Source: Fibrobacteria bacterium (GTDB taxonomy: Bacteria; Fibrobacterota; Fibrobacteria; UBA11236). Taken from it: DNA of 26,023 bases. The position numbers and the translations under genes were made by a program. Shown here piece by piece: positions 26,000 through 26,023 of the stretch. The DNA is taken from NCBI GenBank assembly GCA_043732185.1, contig JAYTHY010000095.1:1-26023 (forward strand), in the 5' to 3' direction. Numbering within the stretch: position 1 is the first letter of the stretch; each line of letters starts with the position of its first letter. The notes below the pieces were generated by a model that saw only the letters and a program-made list of their open reading frames with translations, was not told where the DNA came from and made no database searches.

Positions 26000-26023
26000 A
26001 GTGATGGCGGATGTCGCTCATGG

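Noticed and set aside
25947..26023. Open frame from ATG 25947 to the window end (MTINFSSAVISWERRRSQVMADVAH)
   Set aside because: Too short to judge, weak RBS, and it contains the palindrome.

Overview
Bacterial chromosomal window of mostly housekeeping genes. Gene content and order suggest an FCB-group organism, plausibly Fibrobacterota (inference only). Left block, minus strand: a heterodimeric MdlAB-type ABC exporter pair, then tRNA-Ser(GGA)-rpoZ, coaBC, a degenerate uracil-DNA-glycosylase-fold gene, dnaB and a partial mlaE. Centre: an unannotated 56-aa gene with its own sigma28-like promoter and terminator, tRNA-Gln(CTG), and a TPR protein plus coiled-coil protein pair. An AT-rich intergenic region follows that carries a clear XerCD dif-like site (11695-11722) and IHF-consensus motifs, then a small Arg-repeat protein coupled to a PHP hydrolase. 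Right: flavin reductase, a complete pdhA-pdhB-pdhC-lpdA-lipoate ligase operon, a GldA/GldF/GldG/DUF4340-type ABC operon (minus) and a GT-C membrane glycosyltransferase. No mobile element, CRISPR array or prophage was seen. Best leads: the dif site, the apparently inactive UDG homologue coupled to dnaB (possible Pol III psi-like subunit), and two small genes with sigma28-like promoter motifs.
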